From Malacoraja senta (taxonomy: Eukaryota), in contig CM075991.1 in assembly GCA_038087875.1 (NCBI GenBank), forward strand, positions 8,124,001 to 8,188,000: 64,000 nucleotides of DNA. Direction: 5' to 3'. The notes beneath the pieces were generated by a model. It saw only the letters and a program-made list of their open reading frames with translations. It was not told the origin of the DNA and did not search any database. The position numbers were made by a program, and so were the translations under genes. Each line of letters opens with the position of its first letter. Within the stretch, counting starts at the first letter, position 1. Positions 25,577 to 37,497 of the stretch are shown one piece after another.

Positions 25577-28005
25577 ACCCCAGTGGCCATTCGGACCGAC
25601 CTATCCTGAGCAACCCTCTGCTCAGTCACAATATAGGAAAGATTTCTCAGGAAATGCTAAAGGTTTACTATCCAAATCTTTGGATGTGTATGTAAATAGA
25701 ATTTATTTGTAAATATTCAAGGTAGGGGTGCACCAATTATGAAAGGTCAGGTTGAGCCAACCCTCAGTGAGTTGGCCTGCTGCAAAAAACACACACGTCT
25801 CAGCTGGTGAATTCCACGGTGTGATTCCAAGCCTAGTGTTACTCCAGTCGACGTCTCCAAATGCGGGTGGCACGGTGGCGGTGGCGGTAAAGTTACTGCC
25901 TTGCAGCGCCAGAGACCCGGGTTCGATCCTGACTACGGGTGCTTGTCCGTACGGAGTTTGTACGTTCTCCCGTGACCTGCGTGGGTTTTCTCCGGTTTCC
26001 CTCCAAATTTCACCCGCCCCCCCCCGACCGATCCCTAACCCCACCGGGTGCCCAAGGACCAGAAGAGCGGGGCTGAAGTGTAAACAGAATTTTCAGATAT
26101 TCAGAACTTGAAATATTCAAAGAGGGGTTGCAACTCACGGCAGCAGCACACGGAGTATTGTGCGCAGTTGTGGACACACCGTGGGAAGGATGTCATTCAG
26201 CTGGAGAGGGGTGCAGAAAAGATTCACAAGGAATAGATCGGGTAGACACACAGAGTCCAGATCCAGGGGCCACAGTTTCAGAATATAAGTCATTTAGAAC
26301 GGAGATGAGGAAACACTTTTTCTCACAGAGAGTTGTGAGTCTGTGGAATTCTCTGCCTCGGAGGGCGGTGGAGGCCGGTTCTCTGGATACTTTCAAGAGG
26401 GAACTAGATAGGGCTCTTAAAGATAGCGGAGTCAGGGGATATGGGGAGAAGGCAGGAACGGGGTACTGATTGGGGATGATCAGCCATGATCACATTGAAT
26501 GGCGGTGCTGGCTCGAAGGGCCGAATGGCCTACTCCTGCACCTATTGTCTATTGTCTATTGTCTCTTGCCCAGAGTAGGGAAATCAAGAATCAGAGGGCA
26601 GAGAATGTGATCGCTCTGAAGAGGGTCCCGAGGAGATTTACAAGAATGATTCCAGGAATGAGCAGGTTAGCATATGATGAGCGTTTGACAACACTGGGCC
26701 TCTATTCGCTGGAGTTTAGAAGGTTGAGGGGGGACCTCATTGAAACTTACAGAATAATGAGAGGCATAGACAGAATGGACGTGGAAAGGATGTTTACACT
26801 GTTGGGAGAGTCTAGGACCAGAATTAAAGGGCATCTTTTAGAAAGGAGGTGAGGAGGAACTTCTGTGGAACTCATTGCCACAGAGGGCTGTGGAGGCCAA
26901 GTCAGTGGATATTTTGAAGGCAGAGATAGACAAATTTTGATTAGAACGGGTGTCAAGGGTTCTGGGAGAAAGCAGGAAAATGGGATTAGGAGACATTGAT
27001 CAGCCTTGATTGAATGGCGGAGTAGACTTGATGGGCCGAATGGCCTAATTCTACTCCTATAATGTGAACTTGTGGCATGGGTTTAAGGTGAGGAAGAAAC
27101 TGAGGATAACCTTTTTGCACAAATGGTGGTGGGTGTTTGGAAACGAGCTGCCTGAGGAGGTAATTGAGGCAGGTACAATCGGAACGGTTTAAGAAACATT
27201 TAGACAAGTTTAGAGGGATGTGGACCAAACGCAAGCAGGTGGGACTAGAGTAGATGGGACATGTTGGCCAGTGTGGGCCGAAGGTCCTGTTTCCACGCTG
27301 TATCACTCATGAGTCTACGGATATTGCCGGGACTAGCGGGCATGAGTTACAAGGAAAGACCGGATAAGTTGGAACTGTTTTCCCTGATGTGAAGGGGGCT
27401 GAGGGTTGATCTTATAGACACTTAGAAAATGATGAGGGACATAAATAAGGTGGATAGATATAGTATTTGTCCCGGCATAGGGAAGTCTTAAACAAGTTGG
27501 TTTAGTTTAGTTCATAGATACAGCATAGAAACAGGCCCTTCGGCCCACCGAGTCTGTGCCGACCAGAGATTACTCGTACACTAGTGCTATCTTACAAACT
27601 AGGGACAATTTACAGAAGCCAATTAACCTGCACGTCTTTGGAGTGTGAGAGGAAACAGGAGCACCCGGAGAAAACCCACGCGGTCCCGGGGAGAACGTAC
27701 AAACTCCGTACAGACAGCACCGTAGTCAGGATCGAACCCGGGCTTGTGGGAGAGCTGGGAAGGGGGAGGAGAAGGAGGGAGAAAGCAAGGACTATCTGAA
27801 ATTGGAGAAGTCAATGTTCATACCGCTGGGGTGTAAACTACCCAAGCAAAATATGAGGTGCTGTTCCTCCAATTTGCGCTGGGCCTCACTCTGGCCATGG
27901 AGGAGGCCCAGGACAGAAAGGTCAGATTGGGAATGGGAGGGGGAGTTGTCATACATGGACTAAACAGATCAAGTGGGCAGCTCAACAAAACGCTCAGAAC
28001 AGGGC

Positions 28006-28310
28006 AGCACGGTGGCGCAGCGGTAGAGTTGCTGCCTTACAGCGCCAGAGACCTGGGTTCGATCCTGACTACGGGTGCTGCCCGTATGGAGTTTGTACGT
28101 TCTCCCCGTGACCTGCGTGGGTTTTCTCTGAGATCTTCGGTTTCCTTCCACGCTCCAAAGACGTGCAGGTTTGCAGGTTAATTGGCTTGGTGTAAATGTA
28201 AATTGTCCTAGTGGGTGTAGGATAGTGTTAGTGTGCGGGGATCGCTGGTCGGTGTGGACTCGGTGGGCCAAAGGGCCTGTTTCCACGCTGTATCTCTAAA
28301 CGAAACGAAA
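28006..28310 (+). mobile_element. HE1-type V-SINE
   Basis: Full-length copy. Confidence 0.85.
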
Positions 28311-28723
28311 CTCAACGGGTCGGGCAGCATCTGTGGAGAGAATGGACAGGTGATGTTTTGGACATCTTCAGACCCATAGGTCTCCTGACCATTCACTCCA
28401 CAGGTTCTATCTGACCTGTTGAGGTCCTCCAGAACTTTGGGTGCTTGTCTGTACAGACTTATGTACGCTCTCTCCCTGTGAACTCGCGTGCTCCGATTTC
28501 CTCCCACACCCCAAAGACGTGCAGGTTTGTAGGTTAATTGGTATCTGTAAACTGGGGAGAAACGTACAGACAGCCACCGTGGGCAGGATTGAACCCGGTA
28601 AGAATAAGGGGTGAGGCCATTTAGAACGGAGACGAGGAAACACTTTTTTCCTCACAGAGAGTGGTGAGTCTGTGGAATTCTCTGCCTCAGGAGGGCGGTG
28701 GAGGCAGGTTCTCTGGATGCTTT

Positions 28724-28923
28724 NNNNNNNNNNNNNNNNNNNNNNNNNNNNNNNNNNNNNNNNNNNNNNNNNNNNNNNNNNNNNNNNNNNNNNNNNNNNN
28801 NNNNNNNNNNNNNNNNNNNNNNNNNNNNNNNNNNNNNNNNNNNNNNNNNNNNNNNNNNNNNNNNNNNNNNNNNNNNNNNNNNNNNNNNNNNNNNNNNNNN
28901 NNNNNNNNNNNNNNNNNNNNNNN
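28724..28923. other. Assembly gap (200 N)
   Basis: Run of N, flanked by a CR1 fragment and a (GAGTGT)n-like repeat. Confidence 0.99.
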
Positions 28924-29592
28924 GGGTGAGGAGTGTAAGTGTGAGTGAGGAGTGTGAGTGAGTGAGTGAGGAGTGTGAGTGTGAGTGTGAGTGTGAGTGT
29001 GAGAGTGAGTGAGTGAGGAGTGTGGGGGTGAGTGTGAGTGTGAGTGTGAGTGTGTGTGTGAGTGTGAGTGTGAGGAGTGTGGGGGTGAGGAGTGTAAGTG
29101 TGAGTGAGGAGTGTGAGTGAGTGAGTGAGGAGTGTGAGTGTGAGTGTGAGTGTGAGTGTGAGAGTGAGTGAGTGAGTGAGGAGTGTGAGTGTGAGGAGTG
29201 TGAGTGTGAGGAGTGTGAGAGTGAGGAGTGTGGGGGTGTGAGTGTGAGTGAGTGAGTTAAGAGTGCGAGTGTAAGTGTGAGGAGTGTGAGTGTGAGGAGT
29301 GTGGGGGTGTGAGTGTGAGGTGTGAGAGTGAAAGTGAGTGAGTTAGGAGTGTGAGTGTGAGGAGTGTGAGTGTGAGTGAGTTAGGAGTGCAAGTGTGAGT
29401 GTGAGAGTGAGGAGTGTGGGGGTGTGAGTGTGAGTGTGAGAGTTAGGAGTGCGAGTGTAAGTGTGAGGAGTGTGAGTGTGCGAGTGAGGAGTGGGGGTGT
29501 GAGTGTGAGGAGTGTGTGTGTAAGTGAGTGAGTTAGGAGTGTGAGTGTAAGTGTGAGGAGTGTGAGTGTGAGTGAGTGTGAGTGTGAGTGTA
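28924..29592. repeat. (GAGTGT)n-like simple repeat
   Basis: Visible directly. Confidence 0.95.
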
Positions 29593-29706
29593 TGTGAAGG
29601 AACTGCAGATGCTAGTTTAAACCAAAGACAGAAACAAAAAGCTGGAGTAACTCAGCGGATCAGGCAGCATCTCTGGAGATAGAATAGGTGACGATTTGGG
29701 TAAAGA

Positions 29707-29734
29707 CTGAAGAAGGGTCTCGACCCGAAACGTC
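29707..29734 (+). ncRNA. Minimal type-I hammerhead ribozyme core in a Penelope-like repeat
   Basis: CTGAAGA-A-GGGTC-TC-GACCC-GAAA-C-GTC = CUGANGA / stem II / GAAA / palindromic minimal stem III / GUC cleavage triplet. Confidence 0.5.
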
Positions 29735-30261
29735 ACCTATTCCTTTTCTCCAGAGATGCTGCCTGACCCGCTGTGTTACTCCAGCTTTCTGTGTCTATAG
29801 CCCGGGTTCAATCCTGAATCCGGGTGCTGTCTGTACGGAGTTTGCACGTTCTCCCCGTGACCTGCGTGGGTTATCTCCGGGTGCTCTGGTTTCCTCCCAC
29901 ACTCCAAAGTCGCGCAGGTTTGTAGGTTAATTGGCTTCTGTAAATTCTTCCTAATGTGTAGGATAGAACGAGTGTAGGGCCTGATCGCTGCTCGGCCTGG
30001 ACTCGGTGGGCTGAAGGGCCAGTTTCCACGCTGCATCTCTGAACTAAACTGAACTGGCAGCGGTGCATGAGCTGCATCGGTTGCAGCAAGATGCACGTTT
30101 GGGGTTGGTTGTGCCAACATGCTGCGGGCAGTTCGCACCCACGTTCCCGACTCTCCAGTCTCTCTGCAAAGCCCCTGGGTACAGAGTATGGGGGCTATGT
30201 AAATGCAAACCTAACCTCCTGTGGAAGAATGGATCACCCCCCCCCAACATAACCCCAACAG

Positions 30262-30825
30262 GTACAGAAGTTGGGAGGTCATGTTGCAGTCGTACAAGAT
30301 GTTGGTGAGGTCGCATTTAGGGTATTGTGTTCAGTTCTGGGCACCATGTTATAGGAAAGATGTCGTCAAGCTGGAAAGGGTGCAGAGAAGATTTACTAGC
30401 ATGTTGCCAGGACTCGAATGCCTGAACTACAGGCAGAGGTTGAGTAGGTTGGGTCTCTATTCCTTGGAGCGCAGGAGGATGAGGGATCATCCTATAGAGG
30501 TGTACAAAATCATGAGAGGAATAGATCGGGTAGACGCACAGAGTCTCTTGCCCAGGGTTGGGGAAATCGAGAACCAGAGGGGCATAGGATTAAGGTGAGG
30601 GGGGGGGGGGGGTGGGAAAGATTTAATAGGAACCCGAGGGATAACTTTTTCACACATAGAATGGTGGATGCATGGAACGAGCTGCCGGAGGAGGTAGTTG
30701 AGGCAGGGTCTATCGCATAGTTTAAGAAACATTTAGACAGGTACATGGATAGGGCAGGTTTAGAGGGATATGGGCCAAACGCAGGCAGGTGGAACTAGTG
30801 TAGATGGGATATGTTGGTTGGTTGC
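30262..30825 (+). mobile_element. CR1 LINE 3' end
   Basis: YCVQFWAPCYRKDVVKLERVQRRFT...LGLYSLERRR. Confidence 0.85.
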
Positions 30826-30831
30826 GAGCTC

Positions 30832-31228
30832 ACAGTCCCGGGAGAGGCTAGTTGGGAGCTCCAACGATGCAGAGGCTCGACCTGCCCCGACCCGGTGTCC
30901 GATCGCCGGCGCGGGGGGAGCTGACATCCCCCCGATGCAGGAACCGATCGTCCCGGCGCGGAGGGGCCCCCAAACGCCGCCGGCTGCAGGAGTCAAGATC
31001 GTCCCGTCAACAGAGGGCTCGAGGCCCCCGACCGAGGAAGAACAAAGATGGGAAGAGATTTGAACTTCCATCACAGTGAGGAATGTGGAGGAGTCACTGT
31101 GGTGGATGTTTATGTTCAAATGTATTTTGTGTGTTCCGCTGCTTTTAATTTGTATGACTGACTTGGCAAACGAAATTCCTCGTTTGTTGCAAAACATACT
31201 TGGCTAATAAAGTATGATTGTGATTGTG
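30832..31228 (+). mobile_element. Unclassified non-autonomous retroposon inserted in a CR1 tail
   Basis: GC-rich 5' part, AATAAA and (GATTGT)n tail; the CR1 3'UTR resumes afterwards. Confidence 0.4.
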
Positions 31229-31379
31229 TGGGCAAGTTGGGCCCAAGGGCCCGTTTCCACTCTGTAAAAACCACATGCATTTTGAGCACCACATCTTCAA
31301 GTCCCATCGCACCTCGAGCCTCACCCCAATAACGTGAGCCAAAGATAACATCAGCCAACATAGTCACATAAATCAAGCA

Positions 31380-31385
31380 TTTATT
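31380..31385 (-). promoter_or_regulatory. Candidate polyadenylation signal AATAAA of the CPEB gene
   Basis: tttatt on +, at the distal end of the AU-rich unique block and just before repeats resume. Confidence 0.45.
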
Positions 31386-32730
31386 TGGCAAATTCTCATT
31401 TGTTAAACATTTTACCTCAAGACTTGGTACATTTTTTAATTTTACAGTGTGCATACTGCTTTTTATATAATATATATATATATTTTATATAATTATATCA
31501 TGTTATTTCCCAACTAAACTAAAAGATAAATTATCTGTCAGTCTTTGCAGAACCGAAATATATTTATTTCAGAGAGAGAAAAAAAAAAATAAGATTTTAA
31601 AATTGAAAAAAAAACTGAGGTATCTACTATATATGCACAGAGCCACATGTTCATGTTCAACATTACATACACCATTAGTAATAGAAAACATCACTGAACA
31701 ATAAATTTGCAATACAAAAATACAAAAATCATGTGACTCCTTAGTAGAAAAAGCAGCATCTCATTTACTGATTTATATATTTTCTTTACAAAACTATTAC
31801 AACCTAGTTCAAGTGTCGATTATTCCAAACTCTGGTGGTTTGGTCGAAGGGAGCTGAGCTGTTAGACGCGTTAATTAATGCTGGACAGTGAAATTGGTTA
31901 CTGTACAAGGACTTCAATTCCCCTCATTCCCACCCCACCCCCCCCCCCCCCCAAATCTCCTTACCTGACCACACCTTCCCCAATCACCCAATGCTGCTAC
32001 CTCTCCCGACTGCCCAGCCCCACATCCAACCTCTCTCCCCACCCCCCCCCCCCCCCCCCCCCCTGTATCCAAGGTGCTGTAGAAGTTATCCTAGTGCTTA
32101 TCCTTCCTGGGGCGCCTCTGGCTTAGCTTGGCCGCCATTTTGTTAATTGCACGTGGACTCTTGACGTTCCACCACTTCTTCTCTGTGGTGGACTGCCCCC
32201 CCCCCCCCCCCCCCCACCCACACACACACAAACAATCGGCCCAGGTTGCGCCCGCTCTCTGCCACCCCGGGCTCAGGGCAACTTGGGACGGGCAAGACCC
32301 AAGGCTGACCATGCAACCAGACAACTCGACCAAGGCAAGATGTCTCCTGTGTTGGATGGTGCTTCACTGGACCGCCTCGGTCACGATACCCTAACGCATC
32401 AAAGTGCTTCTCTCGCTGCCTCCGCAAGCCCCACCAGCAGCCCAGACAGATCTGGCATTGATATTCCGAGATCGAGTGGCGTTTCATCCAGGTGGCTTCA
32501 CGCCCCCCCCTCCCCCCCCGCTCCACCACCATCCAGGGAACCCAGGAATCATCCCTCACACACAAAGACCAGGGTGGGTCTGAAGTAAATCAATGTGCAC
32601 CTGATTCTTAGTATCTTACACCCTCCCACAGGGCAATAGGTTCAAACCGCTGCCTGGAGGTTTCCAAGGAATTGCCGGAGTCAAAGTGCATCAGGATTCA
32701 AAATATGTGCGGTGTGTGGGTGCTGGGGTC

Positions 32731-33398
32731 AGGGGGGGAGAGAGGGGGAGAGAGGAGAGAGGGGGGAGAGGGGGAGAGAGAGGAGAGAGGGGAGAGAGGG
32801 GAGAGAGGAGAGGGGAGAGGGGAGAGAGAGGAGAGAGAGGAGAGAGGGGAGAGAGAGGAGAGAGGGGAGAGAGAGGAGAGAGGGGAGAGAGGGGAGAAAG
32901 GGGAGAGAGAGGAGAGAGGGGAGAGAGGGGAGAGAGAGGAGAGAGGGGAGTGAGGGGAGAGGGGCGAGAGGGGAGAAAGGGGAGAGAGGGGAGAGAGGGG
33001 AGAGAGAGGAGAGAGGGGAGAGAGGGGAGTGAGGGGAGAGGGGCGAGAGGGGAGAAAGGGGAGAGAGGGGAGAGAGGGGAGAGAGAGGAGAGAGGGGAGA
33101 GAGAGGAGAGAGGGGAGTGAGGGGAGAGGGGCGAGAGAGGAGAGGGGGAGAGAGGGGAGAGAGGGGAGAGAGGGGAGAGAGGGGAGAGAGGGGAGAGAGG
33201 GGAGAGGGGCGAGAGGGGAGAGAGAGGAGAGAGGGGAGAGAGAGGAGAGGGGGGAGGGGAGAGAGAGGAGAGAGGGGAGAGGGGCGAGAGGGGAGAGAGA
33301 GGAGAGAGGGGAGAGAGAGGAGAGGGGAGAGAGGGGAGAGAGAGGAGAGAGGGGAGAGAGGGGAGAGAGGGGAGAGAGGGGAGAGAGGGGAGAGAGAG
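32731..33398. repeat. GA-rich purine repeat (GGGGAGAGA)n
   Basis: Visible directly. Confidence 0.95.
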
Positions 33399-33758
33399 TG
33401 CATGAGTTTCCATGAACGTGCTTTGATCCTCGAATGCAGCCAGACTTTGAAGGCGTTCCTTCTCCTGACCTCTGCCTGGTGCTGTGGGTGTGAGGATGTG
33501 AAGGTGAGTGGGTGCAGGCACTGGGGGCTACCCCACTCCACACTGCCGTCTCCTGCATGGCCTTCTCCACCTCCGCAGTTCCCTCAGACAGCGTTTGGGA
33601 TGGTGACTTGCTGGACAGGCCCCGGCTCTGGTGGGGAAATGTAAAGCCCCTCCCCCCTGCCCCCCCCCTGCCCACGGATCCTATCCCCACGGCTGCAGAA
33701 TACATTCCAAGTCTGTCCTCGTGTTATCAACTGACCACTCTCATCCAACTAACACAAC

Positions 33759-33804
<46 letters not shown>

Positions 33805-34235
33805 AGAGAGGGGGTGAGCGAGTGAAGATAGGAATGAGGGTGGGGGGGAGGAGGGAGGGGGTGGGTGGGGTGAGGTATGGAGGGTGGGATGGTGGGAGTG
33901 AGGGTAGGGGGGGGAGGGGAGCGATGGGGGTAGTGTTCGGGGAGTGAGGGGGTGGGCTGCAGGGAGTGGACGGGCAGGAGCAGGGGTGTGCATGACGGGG
34001 GCTTCCACTGTACGTGGAGGGGGATGAAGGAGTGAGGGGGAGGAGGAGGAGGAGGAGGAGGATACGTGTACGTATGTGCTGGGTGCGATGGAGGGCAGGT
34101 GCGGTGATGGATGTGGGGGGGGGGGGTGAGTAGTGGAGGGGAGTGCGAGCCATGCTTTTGTGTGTGTGAACACGTGTGTGTGCATGTATGTGGGTGCGTG
34201 TGACTGCAGGTGTGCATGTCTGTGTGAATATAGAT

Positions 34236-34672
34236 AGAAATATGCGTGTGTATACACTTATATATACGTGTGTGTGTGTATATATGAGTACACGTGTGTA
34301 TGTGTACACGTCCGTTTTTGTGTGTATGCGTGTGTGTGTATACACTTATATATATGTGTGTGCGTGTGTGTATATGAGTACACGTGTGTATGTGTACATG
34401 TGCGTTTGTGTGTGTATGCGTGCGTGTGTATACTTATATATATGTGTGTGCGCGTGTGTATATGAGTACACGTGTGTATGTGTACATGTGCGTTTGTGTG
34501 TGTATGCGTGCGTGTGTATACACTTATATATATGTGTGTGCGTGTGTGTATATGAGTACACGTGTGTATGTGTACATGTGTGTGTGTGTATGCGTGCGTG
34601 TGTACGCGTGTGTGTACAGGTGCGTGTGTACATGTGTGTTGGTGTGTACACATATATATGTGTGTGTATACA
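34236..34672. repeat. GT/AT-rich minisatellite, ~60-bp unit
   Basis: Recurring TATATGAGTACACGTGTGTATGTGTACA block. Confidence 0.9.
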
Positions 34673-35309
34673 TGGGGGGAAGGCGGGGCTGTGTACGGGT
34701 GGGAGGGGCCATGTAGTAGTAGGCGGGGCAAGTCAGTGGGTGGGAGGGGCTTGTGTGTGTGTGGGAGGGGCTACAAGAAGCGCCGGGCAGAGTCACGGAA
34801 AAGTAGCGTGACATTGAACATGGAACACGCAAGTGCATTCGGACAACAAGTCTCAGGGTCTATTGGACTCCCTCTGCCTCCCTCACCTGCCACTGCAACC
34901 TGTTCAAACACCCCCTCCCCTCCCCCCCCCCCCCCCCCCACAACACCAGCCCCCCTCTCAGCCCCAACCCTGCCCTCCGAGTCTCCTCCCCCCCCACCCT
35001 ACCCTCGCTGTTTCGAGATCAAATCCCATCCTCCAAGGAAGAGAGTTTGCGGGAGGGGGGGGTTGCTCCGAGACGGAGAACTGAAGCACAGATCACACCC
35101 TCCAACCCATCACACTGGGTGTCCACCCCAAAAACCAGACTTTTCTGCTTAAAATTAAAACAAAAAAATTAATCAAAAGATATACTGGGTAAGAAAAATT
35201 TTGGTGCACAAACACTAAATAATGGGTTCGGCAAGTTAACAGAGAGCCGCCAAATCGCAGCGGGTGACTGCGCCCCTCGGAAGGGTGTTGGTGATGGCGG
35301 TGACGGATC

Positions 35310-35537
35310 CTAGCTCCACCGGAAGGGCAGCTGCCGGAGCCTCTCACCTCCCTCCTTCACCAGTGGCTTGTGGTACTCGCGCCCAGCTTGCGAATGGATG
35401 CTCGTCCAGCAGAACTCGCAGTAGTACTGCAGGCAGGTGATGTTGGCGCAAAAGAACGGGGCAAACTTGCCGTTGCAGTGGGCGCCCTGGCACTCGTCGC
35501 AGAGCTGGTCCACCAGAACGTAGGGCTTCACCTCCAC
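35310..35537 (-). CDS. CPEB2/3/4-subfamily terminal coding exon (ZZ zinc finger)
   Basis: ggcAG|GTG GAG ... TGG AGC TAG. VEVKPYVLVDQLCDECQGAHCNGKFAPFFCANITCLQYYCEFCWTSIHSQAGREYHKPLVKEGGERLRQLPFRWS*. The seven exons total 993 nt and splice in frame. Confidence 0.96.
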   Translation of the reverse strand: MEVKPYVLVDQLCDECQGAHCNGKFAPFFCANITCLQYYCEFCWTSIHSQAGREYHKPLVKEGGERLRQLPFRWS

Positions 35538-35632
35538 CTGCCGGGCAAGAGCAACCTACATGGGTTATGGTCACCTCCGTCCAATTATCGCCAGAGCAAC
35601 TCTCCCCCTTCCCAGCTCCCCCACCAGTCTTA

Positions 35633-35962
35633 AAGCCCTGTCCCACGGTGCGAGTTCATTCCAAGAGCTCTCCCGAGTTTGCCCTGATTCGAACTCGGAG
35701 ATTTACGGTAATGGCCACTCGTCGGTACTCGGGGCTCTCGAGGACATTTTTCATCATGTTGAAAAATCTTCACGAGTCTTCCCGTGCTTACCTGCCGTTA
35801 GCGAGTCTTCCCGAGTACCTGCCGTTAGCGTTACGAGCCGCTAAGTGACGTCCCCGAGCTCCGACGTACCCACTACGTTCATTCTCCGTGCTTACCACGA
35901 GTTTGATTTTTTTAAACTCGGGAGAGCTCTTGGAATGAACTCGTACCGTGGGACAGGGGCTA
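35633..35962. mobile_element. PIF/Harbinger-like MITE (same family as 12381)
   Basis: TTA TSD at 35630-35632 and 35963-35965; near-identical to the 12381-12700 copy. Confidence 0.85.
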
Positions 35963-36905
35963 TTACTGTCTCCATCTACATTCTATCTCTGTACCGCCCA
36001 CTCCCCGACATCAATCTGAAGATGGGTCTCGACCCAAAAGGTCACCCATTCCTTCTCTCCAGAGATGCTGCCTGTCCCGCTGAGTTACTCCAGCATTTTG
36101 TGTCTACCTTCAAGAGAGAGTTAGATTTAGCTCTTAGGGCTAACTAAATCAAGGGTTATGGGGAGAAAGCAGGTTCTCTGGATGCTTTCAAGAGAGAACT
36201 AGATAGGGCTCTTAAAAATAGCGGAGTCAGGGGATATGGGGAGAAGGCAGGAACGGGGTACTGATTGGGGATGATCAGCCATGATCCTATGGATACTTTC
36301 TCCCCGTGACCTCGTGGGTTTTCTCCGGGTGTTCCGGTTTCCTCCCACACTCCAAAGATGTTTGGAGGCTAATTGAGTTCGGTAAAAATTGTAAATTGTC
36401 CCGAGTGTGTGTTGGATAGTGCTAATGTACCGGGCGATCGCTGGTGGGCGCGGACTCGGTGGGCCAAAAGGGCCCGTTTCTGCGCTGTATTTCTAAAGTC
36501 TAAAGACTGGTAGAACATGAGAGAAATTGATGGGAATATGGAGAGATTAAAGATGAGATCAGGAGCTAAAAACAGTGCTGCAAGAAGGTGGTGCAGGCAG
36601 CATCTGTGTGGGGCAATGGACAGACAACATTTCAGAATGAAGATGGGTTCAAACCCAAAATATTTGTTGTCTATTTCCATTCCCTGATACTGCCTGACCT
36701 GCTGCGTTCCTCCAGCAGTTTGCATTGTGTTCTCAATCCCATCAACTGCAGTCTCGGTCTCCAAAATGGCATTAGTGCAGGATTAATGCAATGGTTGCCT
36801 GATGGTCAGTGCGGACTCAATGGGCCGAAGGGCCTCAGATGTACGACTCTAACTTTAATCCCTCCACTCATTATATATCCCTCCCACTGCCCCAAAACAC
36901 ATATG

Positions 36906-37497
36906 TGTTAAAATTGTACAAGGCATTGGTGAGGCCAATTCTGGAGTATGGTGTACAATTTTGGTCGCCTAATTATAGGAAGGATGTCAACAAAATAGAG
37001 AGAGTACAGAGGAGATTTACTAGAATGTTGCCTGGGTTTCAGCAACTAAGTTACAGAGAAAGGTTGAACAAGTTAGGGCTTTATTCTTTGGAGCACAGAA
37101 GGTTAAGGGGGGACTTGATAGAGGTCTTTAAAATGATGAGAGGGATAGACAGAGTTGACGTGGATAAGCTTTTCCCATTGAGAGTAGGGAAGATTCAAAC
37201 AAGGGGACATGACTTGAGAATTAAGGGACAGAAGTTTAGGGGTAACATGAGGGGGAACTTCTTTACTCAGAGAGTGGTGGCTGTGTGGAATGAGCTTCCA
37301 GTGAAGGTGGTGGAGGCAGGTTCGTTTTTATTATTTAAAAATAAATTGGATAGTTATATGGACGGGAAAGGAATGGAGGGTTATGGTCTGAGCGCAGGTA
37401 TATGGGACTAGGGGAGAATACGTGTTCGGCACGGACTAGAAGGGTTGAGATGGCCTGTTTCCGTGCTGTAATTGTTATATGGTTATATGGTTATATG
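36906..37497 (+). mobile_element. CR1 LINE 3' end, open ORF2 C-terminus
   Basis: LYKALVRPILEYGVQFWSPNYRKD...RGDLIEVFK...FFTQRVVAVWNELP; (TTATATGG)n tail. Confidence 0.9.

Larger units (their letters stand above)
31355..35309 (-). other. Probable 3'UTR of the CPEB gene
   Basis: About 4 kb with no recognisable SINE or LINE in an otherwise TE-saturated window. AU-rich distal part with AATAAA (minus strand) at 31563-31568 and 31380-31385. Confidence 0.55.

Noticed and set aside
32672..35152. Long ERG-, SPL-, CV- and HT-rich ORFs
   Set aside because: Translations of simple repeats; the same applies to 40786-41582 and 54419-54988.
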